Shown here piece by piece: positions 36,835-46,599 of a stretch of 64,000 nt of DNA. The stretch's first letter is position 1; the number at the start of each line of letters is the position of its first letter. The stretch is from Tepidiformaceae bacterium (GTDB lineage Bacteria; Chloroflexota; Dehalococcoidia; Tepidiformales; Tepidiformaceae): positions 152,171-216,170 of the forward strand of contig CBDCBZ010000001.1 in NCBI GenBank assembly GCA_965214395.1, in the 5' to 3' direction. Position numbers and translations under genes: made by a program. The notes beneath the pieces are model-generated. The model saw only the letters and a list, made by a program, of their open reading frames with translations. It was not told the DNA's origin and ran no database searches.

Positions 36835-37596
36835 GTGACGAGCCTGCGGCTGGCCATCGGCTTCCTCACGGTGCTTCCGGTGGCCCCGGGGGGAGAGGCG
36901 CGGATGGGTCCGGCGCGGGCGTGGTTCCCGCTGGTGGGGCTGGGGCTGGGAGGCATCCTGCTGGGGCTCGATGTGGCGGCGCGGGAGGGGCTGCCGGCGC
37001 TGGTGGTGGGGGCGATCCTCGTGGCGGCCCTGCTCGTGCTGACGCGGGCTATCCACACGGAGGGGTTCCTCGACTGCTGCGACGGGCTGTTCGGCGGGTA
37101 CACGCGCGAGGAGCGCCTGCGCATCCTGCGGGACACGCACGTGGGCGCATTCGCGGTCATCGGCGGGGCCGCCCTGCTGCTGCTGAAGTGGAGCGCGCTC
37201 GCCGGCATCCCGGACGAGGCTCGCACGGGACTGCTGGTGGTGTTTCCCTGCCTGTCGCGGTTCGGCATGGTCGCGACGATGGCGCTGTTCCCGTACGCGC
37301 GGGAGCAGGGGTTGGGCACATCGTTCCAGGAGGGGCGCAACTGGTGGCAGGTGGGGTTCGGTCTGGCTACGGCTGCCGTGGCGGCAGTGCTGTTCCTCGG
37401 GGGCGGGGGGGCGATCCTGGTGGGGGTCGTGGTCGTGGTGGCGCTGGGACTGGGGCGGTGGATGACGGGGATGCTGGGCGGGATGACGGGCGACACTTAC
37501 GGGGCGGTCAACGAGGTGGGGGAGGTGGCTGTGCTGGTGCTGGGCATCGCGCTGTTCTCGGCAATCCCGGAGATTTTCGGAGCGCCGCTCTGGTAG
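36835..37596 (+). CDS. cobS: adenosylcobinamide-GDP ribazoletransferase (cobalamin synthase)
   Basis: LAIGFLTVLPV.. N-terminus, polytopic, 253 aa, position in the cob operon. GTG start. Confidence 0.85.
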   Translation: MTSLRLAIGFLTVLPVAPGGEARMGPARAWFPLVGLGLGGILLGLDVAAREGLPALVVGAILVAALLVLTRAIHTEGFLDCCDGLFGGYTREERLRILRDTHVGAFAVIGGAALLLLKWSALAGIPDEARTGLLVVFPCLSRFGMVATMALFPYAREQGLGTSFQEGRNWWQVGFGLATAAVAAVLFLGGGGAILVGVVVVVALGLGRWMTGMLGGMTGDTYGAVNEVGEVAVLVLGIALFSAIPEIFGAPLW

Positions 37597-37620
37597 ACAC
37601 TGAGCCTTGAGGAGCACCAC

Positions 37621-38160
37621 GTGAGCAAGCGACTGACGCTGATCCTGGGAGGGGCGCGGGCGGGGAAGAGCACGTACGCGCAGCAGCTGGCAGCGAGCGG
37701 CGAGCGCGTCCTGTTCGTGGCGACGGCGGAGGCGGGCGACCGGGACATGGAGGCGCGCATCGCCGCGCATCGCGCGGGCCGTCCGGCGGCGTGGGACACG
37801 ATCGAGGAGCCTCTCGACCTCGTCGGGGCGCTGGCGCCGGTCGCAGACCGGTACGACACGGTTCTGCTGGACTGCCTGACCCTCTGGGTGAGCAACCTGC
37901 TGCTGCAGGGCTCGGAGGCCGAACCGGTCGACATCCCCAAGGAGGTGGGGCGGCTGCTGGCGGCGTACGAGGGGGGGTCTGCCTCCTGGATCGTCGTCAG
38001 CAACGAGGTGGGCCTGGGCGTGGTGCCTCCGACCGATCTGGGGCGCCGCTACGCGGACGAGCTCGGGCGGGCAAACCAGATCGTGGCGGCGGCGGCGGAC
38101 GACGTCTACTTCATGGCGGCGGGGCTGCCGCTCAACCTGAAGGCGCTGAGCCGGGAGTAG
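37621..38160 (+). CDS. cobU: bifunctional adenosylcobinamide kinase / adenosylcobinamide-phosphate guanylyltransferase
   Basis: P-loop LILGGARAGKS, ..ATAEA.D.EM..RI..H...R...W.T.E.. and ..LLDCLTLWVSN. 179 aa. GAGGAG RBS. Confidence 0.9.
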   Translation: MSKRLTLILGGARAGKSTYAQQLAASGERVLFVATAEAGDRDMEARIAAHRAGRPAAWDTIEEPLDLVGALAPVADRYDTVLLDCLTLWVSNLLLQGSEAEPVDIPKEVGRLLAAYEGGSASWIVVSNEVGLGVVPPTDLGRRYADELGRANQIVAAAADDVYFMAAGLPLNLKALSRE

Positions 38161-38169
38161 GCGCCGCCT

Positions 38170-39699
38170 TCAGCGGTCCAGCCCCATCACGCGGTACACG
38201 AGCTCCATGTCGAGGTTGTCGCGCACGAGCCCAGCGAGCTTGTCGTACTCGGCGTCGGGGTCGATGTCGTCGGTGGGAGGGGGCAGGGCGGCGCCCTTGC
38301 GGCTCGCGACGAACTCCAGGACGGCCCGGCGAACATCCCGGTTGTGGAACAGGCCGTGGAGGTAGGTCCCCAGCGTGAGCCCTTCCTCGTCGAGGGCGCC
38401 GTCGGGCGACTCCTCATTCCGGCCCGAGCGCGTGTCGATGAGGAAGGGCGAGGCCGCGTCATCGCGGGGCGAGACACCCATGTGAATCTCGTAGGCGGTG
38501 ATCTCAGCGCCGTAACAGCCGCTGAGGAGGCCGCGCCCCTCGGACACGCGACCCTTCGCCTGGTGGGTGACCTTCTCCCGCAGGAAGGTGGTGGAGGTCG
38601 GCAGGAGGCCGAGGCCCTCGGTGACATGTCGGCGTGACTCGACGCCGTCGGGGTCACGTAATTCCCGACCGAGCATCTGGTAGCCGGCGCAGATGCCGAC
38701 GATGGGAGTCCCTTCGCGACGCGCCTCGACCACGCGGCCGGCGAGGCCCTGGGCGCGGAGCCAGTCGAGGTCGTCGACGGTTGTCTTGCTACCGGGGATG
38801 ACGACCAGGTCGGGGGCGCCGAATGCCTCGGCGGAGGCGACGTAGCGAACGCGCACTCCGGGCTCGTGGCGAAGCGGGTCGAAGTCGTCAAAGTTGGCGA
38901 TGTGGGGGAGACGCAGGACGGCAACGTCGACGACCGTGTCGGCGTCGCTCGCAGCTCCGGGCTCGATACCGAGGGAGTCCTCCTCGGGGATGTGGATATC
39001 GAAGAACCAGGGCAGCACACCCGCCACGGGCACGCCCGTGCGTTCCTCCAGGAAGTCGAGTCCCGATGTCAGGAGGGAGGGATCGCCGCGGAACTTGTTG
39101 ATGACGTGGCCCTTCACCAGCGCCTGCTCCTCGGAGTCGAGCAGGACCATCGTGCCGACGAGCTGGGCGAAGACGCCGCCCCGGTCGATGTCGCCGACGA
39201 GCAGGACGGGGGCCTGGGCGTACAGGGCGACGCGCATGTTGACGATGTCGGATTGCTTCAGGTTGATCTCGGCGGGACTGCCGGCACCCTCGATGACGAC
39301 GACCTCGTACTCGGCGCGGAGGGAGTCGAGGGCGGCGGTCACCTCCTCCCAGATACCCGGCTTCATGTCGTGGTACTCGCGGGCGGAGCGGACGGCGCGG
39401 GGGCGGCCCATGACGACGACCTGCGAACGGGCCTCGGCCTCGGGCTTGAGCAGGACAGGGTTCATTTCGACCCGGGGCTCGACCATAGCGGCGGCGGCCT
39501 GGACCGCCTGGGAACGGCCAATCTCGCCGCCATCGGGCGTGACGTACGAGTTGAGGGACATGTTCTGGGCCTTGAAGGGAGCGACCTCGTAACCGTCCCG
39601 GGCGAAGATGCGGCAGAGGGCGGCAGTCAGGATCGACTTGCCCGCGTGGGAGGACGTGCCCTGGACCATGATGACCTTCGCCGGTTCGCGGCTACTCAC
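38170..39699 (-). CDS. cobQ: cobyric acid synthase
   Basis: VMVQGTSSHAGKS.. N-terminal ATPase domain and a C-terminal GATase (..GICAGYQMLG..) are typical of CobQ/CbiP. 509 aa. Confidence 0.92.
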   Translation of the reverse strand: MSSREPAKVIMVQGTSSHAGKSILTAALCRIFARDGYEVAPFKAQNMSLNSYVTPDGGEIGRSQAVQAAAAMVEPRVEMNPVLLKPEAEARSQVVVMGRPRAVRSAREYHDMKPGIWEEVTAALDSLRAEYEVVVIEGAGSPAEINLKQSDIVNMRVALYAQAPVLLVGDIDRGGVFAQLVGTMVLLDSEEQALVKGHVINKFRGDPSLLTSGLDFLEERTGVPVAGVLPWFFDIHIPEEDSLGIEPGAASDADTVVDVAVLRLPHIANFDDFDPLRHEPGVRVRYVASAEAFGAPDLVVIPGSKTTVDDLDWLRAQGLAGRVVEARREGTPIVGICAGYQMLGRELRDPDGVESRRHVTEGLGLLPTSTTFLREKVTHQAKGRVSEGRGLLSGCYGAEITAYEIHMGVSPRDDAASPFLIDTRSGRNEESPDGALDEEGLTLGTYLHGLFHNRDVRRAVLEFVASRKGAALPPPTDDIDPDAEYDKLAGLVRDNLDMELVYRVMGLDR

Positions 39700-40780
39700 C
39701 GGTCAGCACCTCGCGGAGCGCCTCGACGAGCCGGGCGCAGTCGGCGGACGTGCGGACGGCGATGCGGATGTGCTCGGGGAGGCCAAAGGAGGCGCAGTCC
39801 CGCACGGCGATGCCCCGGCGGAGGAGAGCGCCCCGTACGCTCGCGGCATCGCCGACCCTGACCAGCACGAAGTTAGCGGCGGATTCCGTGATGGACAGAT
39901 CGAGGGCGGCTAGATCGGCGCGGAGCCGCGCTTTCGCCTCGCGAATGACCGCCCGCGCGGCATCGACGTGTGCGTCGTCTTCCAGGGCCGCGAGGCCGGC
40001 GGCCTGCGCGGCGGCGTTCACGCTCCAGGCGTGCTGGAGCCCGCGGGCCCCCTCGACGACCTCTGGCTGGGCCGCCAGGTACCCCAGCCGGACTCCCGCG
40101 AGGGCATGGTCCTTGGTCATGGAGCGAATGATGGCAACGTTCCCCAGGCCCAGGAGGGGAGTCGAGTCCCAGGGGCAGTCGGCGAGGGGGGCGTAGGCGT
40201 CGTCCAGCACGAGCAGGCCGGGCTCGCCCACGGCGGCGGCCACGTGCTCCACGGCATCCCGGTCGAGGTAGACCCCCGTCGGGTTGTTCGGGTTGCAGAG
40301 GAAGACGACTGCGGGGCGCAGGTCGCGGATCGTGGCCGCCGCTTCGTCGATGGACCAGTGGAAATGCCGGGCTTCGCTTGCCGGGAGCTCGTGGACCACC
40401 GCACCGGCGGAAGTGGCGGCGGGTTCGTACTCGCCGAAGGTCGGGGTGAAGATGGCGCAGCGCTGGCCCGGCCGGAGGCGGGAGCGGGCCAGCAGATGGA
40501 TGAGCTCGGTGGAGCCGTTCCCGACGAGGATGCTGCCGGCCGCGACTCCGAGGCGGGTGGCGAGGGCTTCGCGCAGGGCCAGGCTGTCGCGGTCGGGGTA
40601 GGCAGACAGTTCCGCCTCCGAAACGGCTCGGCGGACGCGGGGAGACGGACCGAGGGGGTTGATGTTGGCGCTGAAGTCCAGCATCCCTCCCAGGCGCAGG
40701 CCGAGGGAGCGCAGCTCGGCTGCGTCGAGGCCGCCGTGAACCGTCCTTGCGCTCCCCATCACGACTCCATCAGGCCACAA
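39692..40780 (-). CDS. cobD: L-threonine-O-3-phosphate decarboxylase (class I/II aminotransferase fold)
   Basis: ..DFSANINPLGP..YPD...LR..LA....V....I..GNGS.E.I...., ..NPNNPTG.. and ..RSMTKDHALAGVRLGY.. It sits between cbiB and cobQ. Start uncertain (40780 or 40759). Confidence 0.8.
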   Translation of the reverse strand: MWPDGVVMGSARTVHGGLDAAELRSLGLRLGGMLDFSANINPLGPSPRVRRAVSEAELSAYPDRDSLALREALATRLGVAAGSILVGNGSTELIHLLARSRLRPGQRCAIFTPTFGEYEPAATSAGAVVHELPASEARHFHWSIDEAAATIRDLRPAVVFLCNPNNPTGVYLDRDAVEHVAAAVGEPGLLVLDDAYAPLADCPWDSTPLLGLGNVAIIRSMTKDHALAGVRLGYLAAQPEVVEGARGLQHAWSVNAAAQAAGLAALEDDAHVDAARAVIREAKARLRADLAALDLSITESAANFVLVRVGDAASVRGALLRRGIAVRDCASFGLPEHIRIAVRTSADCARLVEALREVLTGE

Positions 40781-41738
40781 CCGCGTGTCGCGCCGCGAGC
40801 AGGGCGAGGGCGGCGAGGACGGCGAGCACGGCCGTGCGCTCGGAGAGGCGCAGGGCCAGAGCGATGTCGCCGGGCTCGGGCCGGCGAAGGCCCTCGCCGA
40901 GTCGGTAGTGGCCGGGCTTCTCCAGCTCAGTCCCGAGCAGGTGGGCCGTCGCTCCCATGGTCCACCCCGCGTTGGGGCTCGCGGTGAGGCGGCGGTCGCG
41001 CAGCATGCCCCTCCAGGCGCGGGCGGCGGGAAGGCCGATCAATGCGCCGCTCACGAGCAGGAGGAGGGCGCTGAAGCGGGCGGGGATGAAGTTGACCACG
41101 TCGTCGAGACGGGCGGCGGCCTTGCCGAAGTATTCGTTGGGGCCACGGTACCCGAGCATGCTGTCGAGGGTGTTCACGGCCCGGTAGGCTACCGCGCCCG
41201 GGACGCCCAGTATCGCGAAGGCCAGCCAGGGGCTGATGTAGCTGTCGGTCGTGTTCTCGGCGACGGACTCGACGGCGGCGGCGGCAACGAGGGGCGGGGT
41301 CAGCGTGGCGGCATCGCGGCTGACGAGGCTCCTGAGGCTCGCGCGGGCGTCTTCGAGGCGGTCCTCCGCCAAGGCGCGACGCGTCGTTTCCCCCGCTGCG
41401 GAGAGGCCGCGCACGGTGAAGGTGGTGCGGAGGATGAGAGCCCCAATCAGCACGTAGGCGACGGGGCCAAGCTTCATCAGCCCGGTCATGGCGAGCCAGG
41501 CCAGGAAACCCGAAGCCCCGACCAGGAGAACGACAACCGCACAGCCGTAGAGGAAGGCGCCCGCCGGCGCCTTCGGCGCGAACCCGGCGAGCCAGCTGAT
41601 GGCGCGGCCCATCCAGACCACGGGGTGAACCACGTTCGGGGGTTCGGGAAGCAGCCGGTCGAGCCCCAAAGCCACCAGCAGCACGAGGACGTCGAGGAGG
41701 AAGTGGCTCCACCAGTCCGAGAACATCAGCAAGGGCAA
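40770..41738 (-). CDS. cbiB: adenosylcobinamide-phosphate synthase
   Basis: Polytopic CbiB/CobD-family sequence (..LDRLLPEPPNVVHPVVWMG.., ..LDSMLGYR...Y..FG...ARLDDV.N.IPAR..). The start is TTG 41738 or ATG 41726. Confidence 0.85.
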   Translation of the reverse strand: MPLLMFSDWWSHFLLDVLVLLVALGLDRLLPEPPNVVHPVVWMGRAISWLAGFAPKAPAGAFLYGCAVVVLLVGASGFLAWLAMTGLMKLGPVAYVLIGALILRTTFTVRGLSAAGETTRRALAEDRLEDARASLRSLVSRDAATLTPPLVAAAAVESVAENTTDSYISPWLAFAILGVPGAVAYRAVNTLDSMLGYRGPNEYFGKAAARLDDVVNFIPARFSALLLLVSGALIGLPAARAWRGMLRDRRLTASPNAGWTMGATAHLLGTELEKPGHYRLGEGLRRPEPGDIALALRLSERTAVLAVLAALALLAARHAVVA

Positions 41739-41979
41739 TCATGGAGGGGACGCAGGTTCCGCGCAGCCGGAGGGCCGCACTACACCTCACCCCGGGTCGC
41801 TGGACTTGGGGCCTTTCTCCCGACTTAGGCCCGCGGGTGGCGGCAACACGGAGCCCCGGCTAACATATTTGCGTTATATCAGGAGCCCTGCAGGCTCTCG
41901 ATTGTTAGCACGCTCACAGGAAACAGCGTAAGCTGCCGCACCAGAGCGTCGAAATAGTACATACTGTGCAACGCACCTA

Positions 41980-42471
41980 TTGTGGGAGCGACTCGTGACT
42001 AATGACCCGGCTGTAGCTGTGCAAGAGGGGTCCTCGGGAGAGGACGTGCAGCCCTCCGATCTCGCGGAAGGCGTGGTTAGCCTCGTCAACGCGTTTGTGA
42101 AGGGCGTTGAGCGGCAGATCGCGCCTCTTGGCCTCACCAACATGGAGTTTGCACTCCTGAAGACCTTCCTCGAGAAGAATGAGTGGACCGTGACCGGACT
42201 GGCGGAAGTGCTGCCGGCCGATGCTCCTCGCATCAGCCGCGTGGTGACCAGGATGGTTGAGCGAGGCCTGCTGCGACGACGGCGCCGGACCGACGACCGG
42301 CGGGTGGTCGAACTCAGGCTCACCCGAGATGGGCAAGAGCTCATAGCGGACCTCCACCAACGTGTGAGCGAGCACGAGGAGAAGCTCCTCGCCGGCGTGA
42401 GCGCCGAGGAGAAGGAAACGCTCCAGGCCGTGACCGCCAAGGTGCTGGCCAACCACGCCGCTCTCCAGTAG
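41980..42471 (+). CDS. MarR family transcriptional regulator
   Basis: Winged-helix core ..FALLKTFLEKNEWTVTGLAEVLPADAPRISRVVTRMVERGLLRRRRRTDDRRVVELRLTRDGQEL.. Start uncertain (TTG 41980 or GTG 41995). Confidence 0.85.
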   Translation: MWERLVTNDPAVAVQEGSSGEDVQPSDLAEGVVSLVNAFVKGVERQIAPLGLTNMEFALLKTFLEKNEWTVTGLAEVLPADAPRISRVVTRMVERGLLRRRRRTDDRRVVELRLTRDGQELIADLHQRVSEHEEKLLAGVSAEEKETLQAVTAKVLANHAALQ

Positions 42472-42651
42472 CAGCCGCCGGGCTTCTCTTCGACCTCAGC
42501 CTCCCTGCTCACCCAGGGGGCCTGTGTGCCACGAGCGAGCCGGCGAGGTTCCCGGAGGAGGGTTGTCCCGGCGGCAGCGTCCGCTAGACCCTATCGCGCG
42601 CTCCTGCAAATCTGGTTGAAGCGCCGGGTCAGTAGTCCTTTCTGAACTGTT

Positions 42652-42686
42652 CCCCGCCGTCGGGGAGTCGTCCTCGAACGGCGGGG
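42652..42686 (+). terminator. GC-rich hairpin between marR and the ABC-2 operon (possible terminator/attenuator)
   Basis: CCCCGCCGU (42652-42660) pairs with ACGGCGGGG (42678-42686). It is followed by UUCGUGGUU, which is U-poor. Confidence 0.35.
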
Positions 42687-42751
42687 TTCGTGGTTCCTCA
42701 TCTGGAGGAGCCGGGCTACGCGTCTTCATAGATTCCTAGAGAGGGAGGGCC

Positions 42752-43531
42752 ATGGGCCACCTGTACGCACTCCAAGGGGCCTTCCTGCAGCAGTGGCGCG
42801 TCACCGCGAGCCGTTACCAGATACTGCTCATCGCGATCAGCCAGATACCGACCGCGGCCGCGGCTGCCTGGATCGCTCGTGCCAGCGCGGAACAGGGCAT
42901 CTCCCTCGCGATAGCCGTTGGCGCCGCCTTCGTCGTCGTCTGGAACGTATGCGTGTTCCGAACCGGGTTCTCCCTCCTGGACGAACGCTGGGCAGGCACG
43001 CTGGAGCTGAACCTGCTGTCCCGGTCGCCCCTCACGCTCGTGATGCTGGGGAAGTCGCTCGCGTTCGTCGTGTTCTTCGCGATGGTGGGGCTGCTGTCCT
43101 TCGCGGCCGCCCTGCTCGTGGCCAACGAGGTCGCCAGCATCGAGCACACCGTCTCCTTCGCCCTCTCCCTCACGCTGGTCGTGCTTGCGGTCGTGGCGCT
43201 CCAGTTCCTGTTCGCGCCACTCAGCTTCCTTGTGGGCGCCCAGGGCGGATTCTTCAACGCGATCATGCCGCTGGGCGTTGTCCTGAGCGGCTTCTTCTAC
43301 CCCATCTCCCTGCTTCCCAACTGGTTCGAGTGGCTGGCTCGCCTGCTGCCGACAGCCTGGGCCATGGAGGCCCTGATCTGGTCCATCAACGGCAAGGAGG
43401 ACATCGGCCGCGTCGCGCTCAACTGGGTGCCGGCCGTCGGACTCCTGGTGTTGTTCGCCCTCGCCGAAGTCGCGCTGTTCATCCGAGCGGAGAGGCGCGC
43501 CCGCCTCTCCGGTGGGCTGACGGAGGGCTAG
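42752..43531 (+). CDS. ABC-2 type transporter permease
   Basis: 259 aa with ~6 TM helices and ABC-2 topology. First of two permease genes followed by a DrrA-like ATPase. Confidence 0.75.
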   Translation: MGHLYALQGAFLQQWRVTASRYQILLIAISQIPTAAAAAWIARASAEQGISLAIAVGAAFVVVWNVCVFRTGFSLLDERWAGTLELNLLSRSPLTLVMLGKSLAFVVFFAMVGLLSFAAALLVANEVASIEHTVSFALSLTLVVLAVVALQFLFAPLSFLVGAQGGFFNAIMPLGVVLSGFFYPISLLPNWFEWLARLLPTAWAMEALIWSINGKEDIGRVALNWVPAVGLLVLFALAEVALFIRAERRARLSGGLTEG

Positions 43532-43535
43532 GGTC

Positions 43536-44327
43536 ATGGACAGGGTCCAGAACTTCTACCTGCAGGCGTACCTCTCGTACCGGGGTCTCTTCCACTGGCT
43601 GACGCCGTTCCCCTACTTCAGCAACATCGTCCTTGCGCCGTTCCTGACGCTGCTCAACTTCATCCTCATCGGGCGCTTTGCGTCGGTAGGGGACGTCGAC
43701 CGCTTCGGCATCGGGATGGTCGTGTACGCGATCGTCTGGATTTACGTGGGCGGGGTGACGCAGTCGTTCTCCAACGACCGCTCGGGCGGCACGCTGCACC
43801 TGCTCTTCGGGTCTCCCGCCAGCAGGGCTTCGGCCTACTTCGCGCGCGGTGTGGGGCACTTCTACAACGGTCCCCTGACCGCGGTCAGCACGACGCTCCT
43901 CGCCGTGTTCGTGATCGACCTGAACGCGGGCGACTTGAACTACCTGACCTACACGGTGGCGATCGTGTTCGTCTCGATCGGCATCCTGATGCTCTCCCTG
44001 CTGCTCGGAAACTTCGCCGCGCTCTACCACGACTGGTTCCTCTTCTCGGCTGTCGGGTACGGGGGACTACTCGGGCTGACGGGCCTCATCATCCCCGTCG
44101 ACCGATTGCCGGCGGCCCTCGAAGTCGTGGCCCAGGGGCTGCCAATCACGCACGGCCTGAACGCCCTCCGAGGTGCGTTCGCGGGTGAGTCCGTGGCGGC
44201 CGTAGCCCCGGGCCTCCTGCTCGAACTGGCGGTCGCGGGCGCGTACGCGCTGGTCGGACTTGCCGTCTTCACGCTCATCGACCGGGCCGCCCGGCAGCGC
44301 GGCATCCTTGCAGGAGGTGAGGAATGA
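43536..44327 (+). CDS. ABC-2 type transporter permease
   Basis: 263 aa, polytopic, 4-nt gap from the previous permease. Its stop overlaps the ATPase start. Confidence 0.75.
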   Translation: MDRVQNFYLQAYLSYRGLFHWLTPFPYFSNIVLAPFLTLLNFILIGRFASVGDVDRFGIGMVVYAIVWIYVGGVTQSFSNDRSGGTLHLLFGSPASRASAYFARGVGHFYNGPLTAVSTTLLAVFVIDLNAGDLNYLTYTVAIVFVSIGILMLSLLLGNFAALYHDWFLFSAVGYGGLLGLTGLIIPVDRLPAALEVVAQGLPITHGLNALRGAFAGESVAAVAPGLLLELAVAGAYALVGLAVFTLIDRAARQRGILAGGEE

Positions 44328-45298
44328 CCAGTGACACTCCCATGATCGAGTGCCGCAACCTGCGGCGGACGTTCCAGCGTGGCGGCCCCCTGCGGCGGGG
44401 AAGCGAGATCGTGGCCGTCGACGACATCTCGTTCAACGTCCGCCCGGGTACGATCTTTGGCCTGCTCGGACCGAACGGCGCCGGCAAGACCACGACCGTG
44501 CGCATGCTCTCGACCCTGCTGCTTCCGACTACCGGCAGCGCACGCGTGGCCGGCTTCGACGTCGCCTCCCAGCCGCGCGAGGTGCGCCGCCGCACGGGCC
44601 TCGCACTCGGCGGCGACCGCGGGCTCTTCGGCCGCCTCACGGGCGAGCAGAACATGCAGTACTTCGGCGCCATCAACCACCTCTCGCCCCGAGAGGCCAA
44701 TCGCCGCTCCGCTGAACTTCTGGAGTTGGTCGGTCTTGGCGAGCGGGGAAGCTCGAAGGTGTTCGAGTACTCGCGCGGCATGAAGCAGCGGCTCCACCTC
44801 GCCCGCGCCCTGCTCACCGAGCCCGATGTGCTCTTCCTGGACGAGCCCACCTCCGGCCTCGACCCGCTCGGCGCCTTCGAGTTCCGGCAGCTCGTCGGCG
44901 AACTGAAGGAGCGTGGCCGCACGATCCTCCTGACGACGCACTTCATGCTCGAAGCGGACGAACTCTGCGACGAGCTCATCGTGATCGACCGCGGCGTGGT
45001 CGTCGCGCAGGGCAGCCCTGCCTCCATCAAGCGGCAGTTCGGCAGCGCGACGGTCGTCGAGATCTCCCTGCGCGAGCCCCAGGAAGGGCTCCAGGCGTCC
45101 CTGGGTGAGCTGCCCCAGGTCCAGCACGTGGAGGTCGGAGTCGACGGCATGCTCCAGACGGTCCGCGCTCACATCCCCTCGGACCAGGATGCCGGCCCGG
45201 TCGTCGCCCACATCGGCGCCGAACACGTCGACCACATGACCACACGCACGTCCTCGCTGGAGGAGGCGTACCTGACGCTGATCGGGAGGGAGCAGTAG
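44324..45298 (+). CDS. ABC transporter ATP-binding protein (DrrA/daunorubicin-resistance type)
   Basis: Walker A GPNGAGKTT, signature YSRGMKQRL and Walker B LFLDEPTSGLD. 324 aa. Confidence 0.9.
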   Translation: MTSDTPMIECRNLRRTFQRGGPLRRGSEIVAVDDISFNVRPGTIFGLLGPNGAGKTTTVRMLSTLLLPTTGSARVAGFDVASQPREVRRRTGLALGGDRGLFGRLTGEQNMQYFGAINHLSPREANRRSAELLELVGLGERGSSKVFEYSRGMKQRLHLARALLTEPDVLFLDEPTSGLDPLGAFEFRQLVGELKERGRTILLTTHFMLEADELCDELIVIDRGVVVAQGSPASIKRQFGSATVVEISLREPQEGLQASLGELPQVQHVEVGVDGMLQTVRAHIPSDQDAGPVVAHIGAEHVDHMTTRTSSLEEAYLTLIGREQ

Positions 45299-45397
45299 CC
45301 ACGAGGCGGGCGCCCGTTCACCTGAACGCCTCCTACAGTTCTGGCGTCGGACCGAGGTGTGTTTGGAACCAAGGAGCGGGTAAGGGCCAAAGTGGGT

Positions 45398-46398
45398 TCA
45401 GGCGGACTGCCCGGACTCACGATTGCGCCCGCCGCCAGGAGCTGCCGGGGTGAACCGTTCTGTGGCACGCACCAGCTCAAGGGCGATGGCCTCGTTGGGC
45501 GTGTGCCCCGCGCTGTCCACGATGACGAGTTCCGCCTGCGGCCATACGCGACTCAACTCCAACGCATTGCTGATGGGCGCCTGAAAGTCGTGGCGTCCGT
45601 TAACCATCACCCCGGGAATGTCGGCGAGCGCGGTCGCTCCTCGCAGGAGGGCGCCATCCTCGATCCAGGCATTGTGACGCACGTAGTGGGTTACGAGGCG
45701 AGCAAATGCCATCGCATAGTCGGCGTCCTCGAACCTCGGTGAGAGCCCCGTGGCTGGTGGCCACTCTGGTGTGGCCGACTCCCACAGGCACCACTCGAGT
45801 ACCGCTCGCTGGCGAGTGTCTGGGTCGGGGTCGTGCAGCAGCCGGTGATACACCTCAACGAGATCACCGTCCCGTTCATCAACTGGCACCGCAGCCCTCA
45901 GCCGCTCCCACTGCTCGGGGAATAGGCTTGCGACACCCCGCGAAACAGCCAGTCGAATTCGGAGTGGCGTCCTGTCGTTACCCCCCACAGGATCAATTCG
46001 GTGACACGGTCTGGGTGGAGTTCGGCGTAGGCCAGGGCCAACGTGCTGCCCCACGATCCGCCAAGCACGAGCCAGCGCTCGATGCCCAGGTGTTCGCGCA
46101 AGGACTCGATGTCCTCGATGAGCTTCCAGGTTGTGTTGTCCTTCAGGTCCGTCTCAAGGGTGCTCGCATGGGGAGTGCTTCGCCCACAGCCTCGCTGGTC
46201 GAACTGAACCACTCGGTAGGCCTCTGGATGGAACAGCCTGCGTTGGCTGGGCGAGCGTCCCGAGCCGGGGCCGCCGTGTAGCACGACTGCTGGCTTCCCT
46301 TTGGGGTTACCGGAAGTCTCCCAGTAGATGCGGTTGCCATCGCCCACTGGCAGCAGGCCCTGAGAGTACGGTTCGATTGCAGGGAAGAGGCCAGCCAC
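45398..46398 (-). pseudogene. pip: prolyl aminopeptidase (proline iminopeptidase), split by a frameshift
   Basis: ORF 45898..46398 carries the N-terminal half (..VVLHGGPGSG.., nucleophile elbow GGSWGSTLAL). ORF 45398..46054 continues in another frame from ..GVASLFPEQWERL.. to the C-terminus. The frame change maps to the G/C4 run at 45936-45939. Confidence 0.8.
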
Positions 46399-46599
46399 GA
46401 TGCGCCCCTACCCTTCGCCGCAGTCCCGCACCCAACTGAGCTTAGTCTCCTCCGGCGTCGGCTCGCGCATCGCAACGCTCGCTCGCCCGGCGCCGACCTT
46501 GTTTCAGAGGAGGCATCCTCGCACTCGCAGGTGGCGGGCCGGTCTAAACCCGCAGTCCAGGCCCGTCACCTCGAACACCCTGCATGATAGCGTGAGGCA

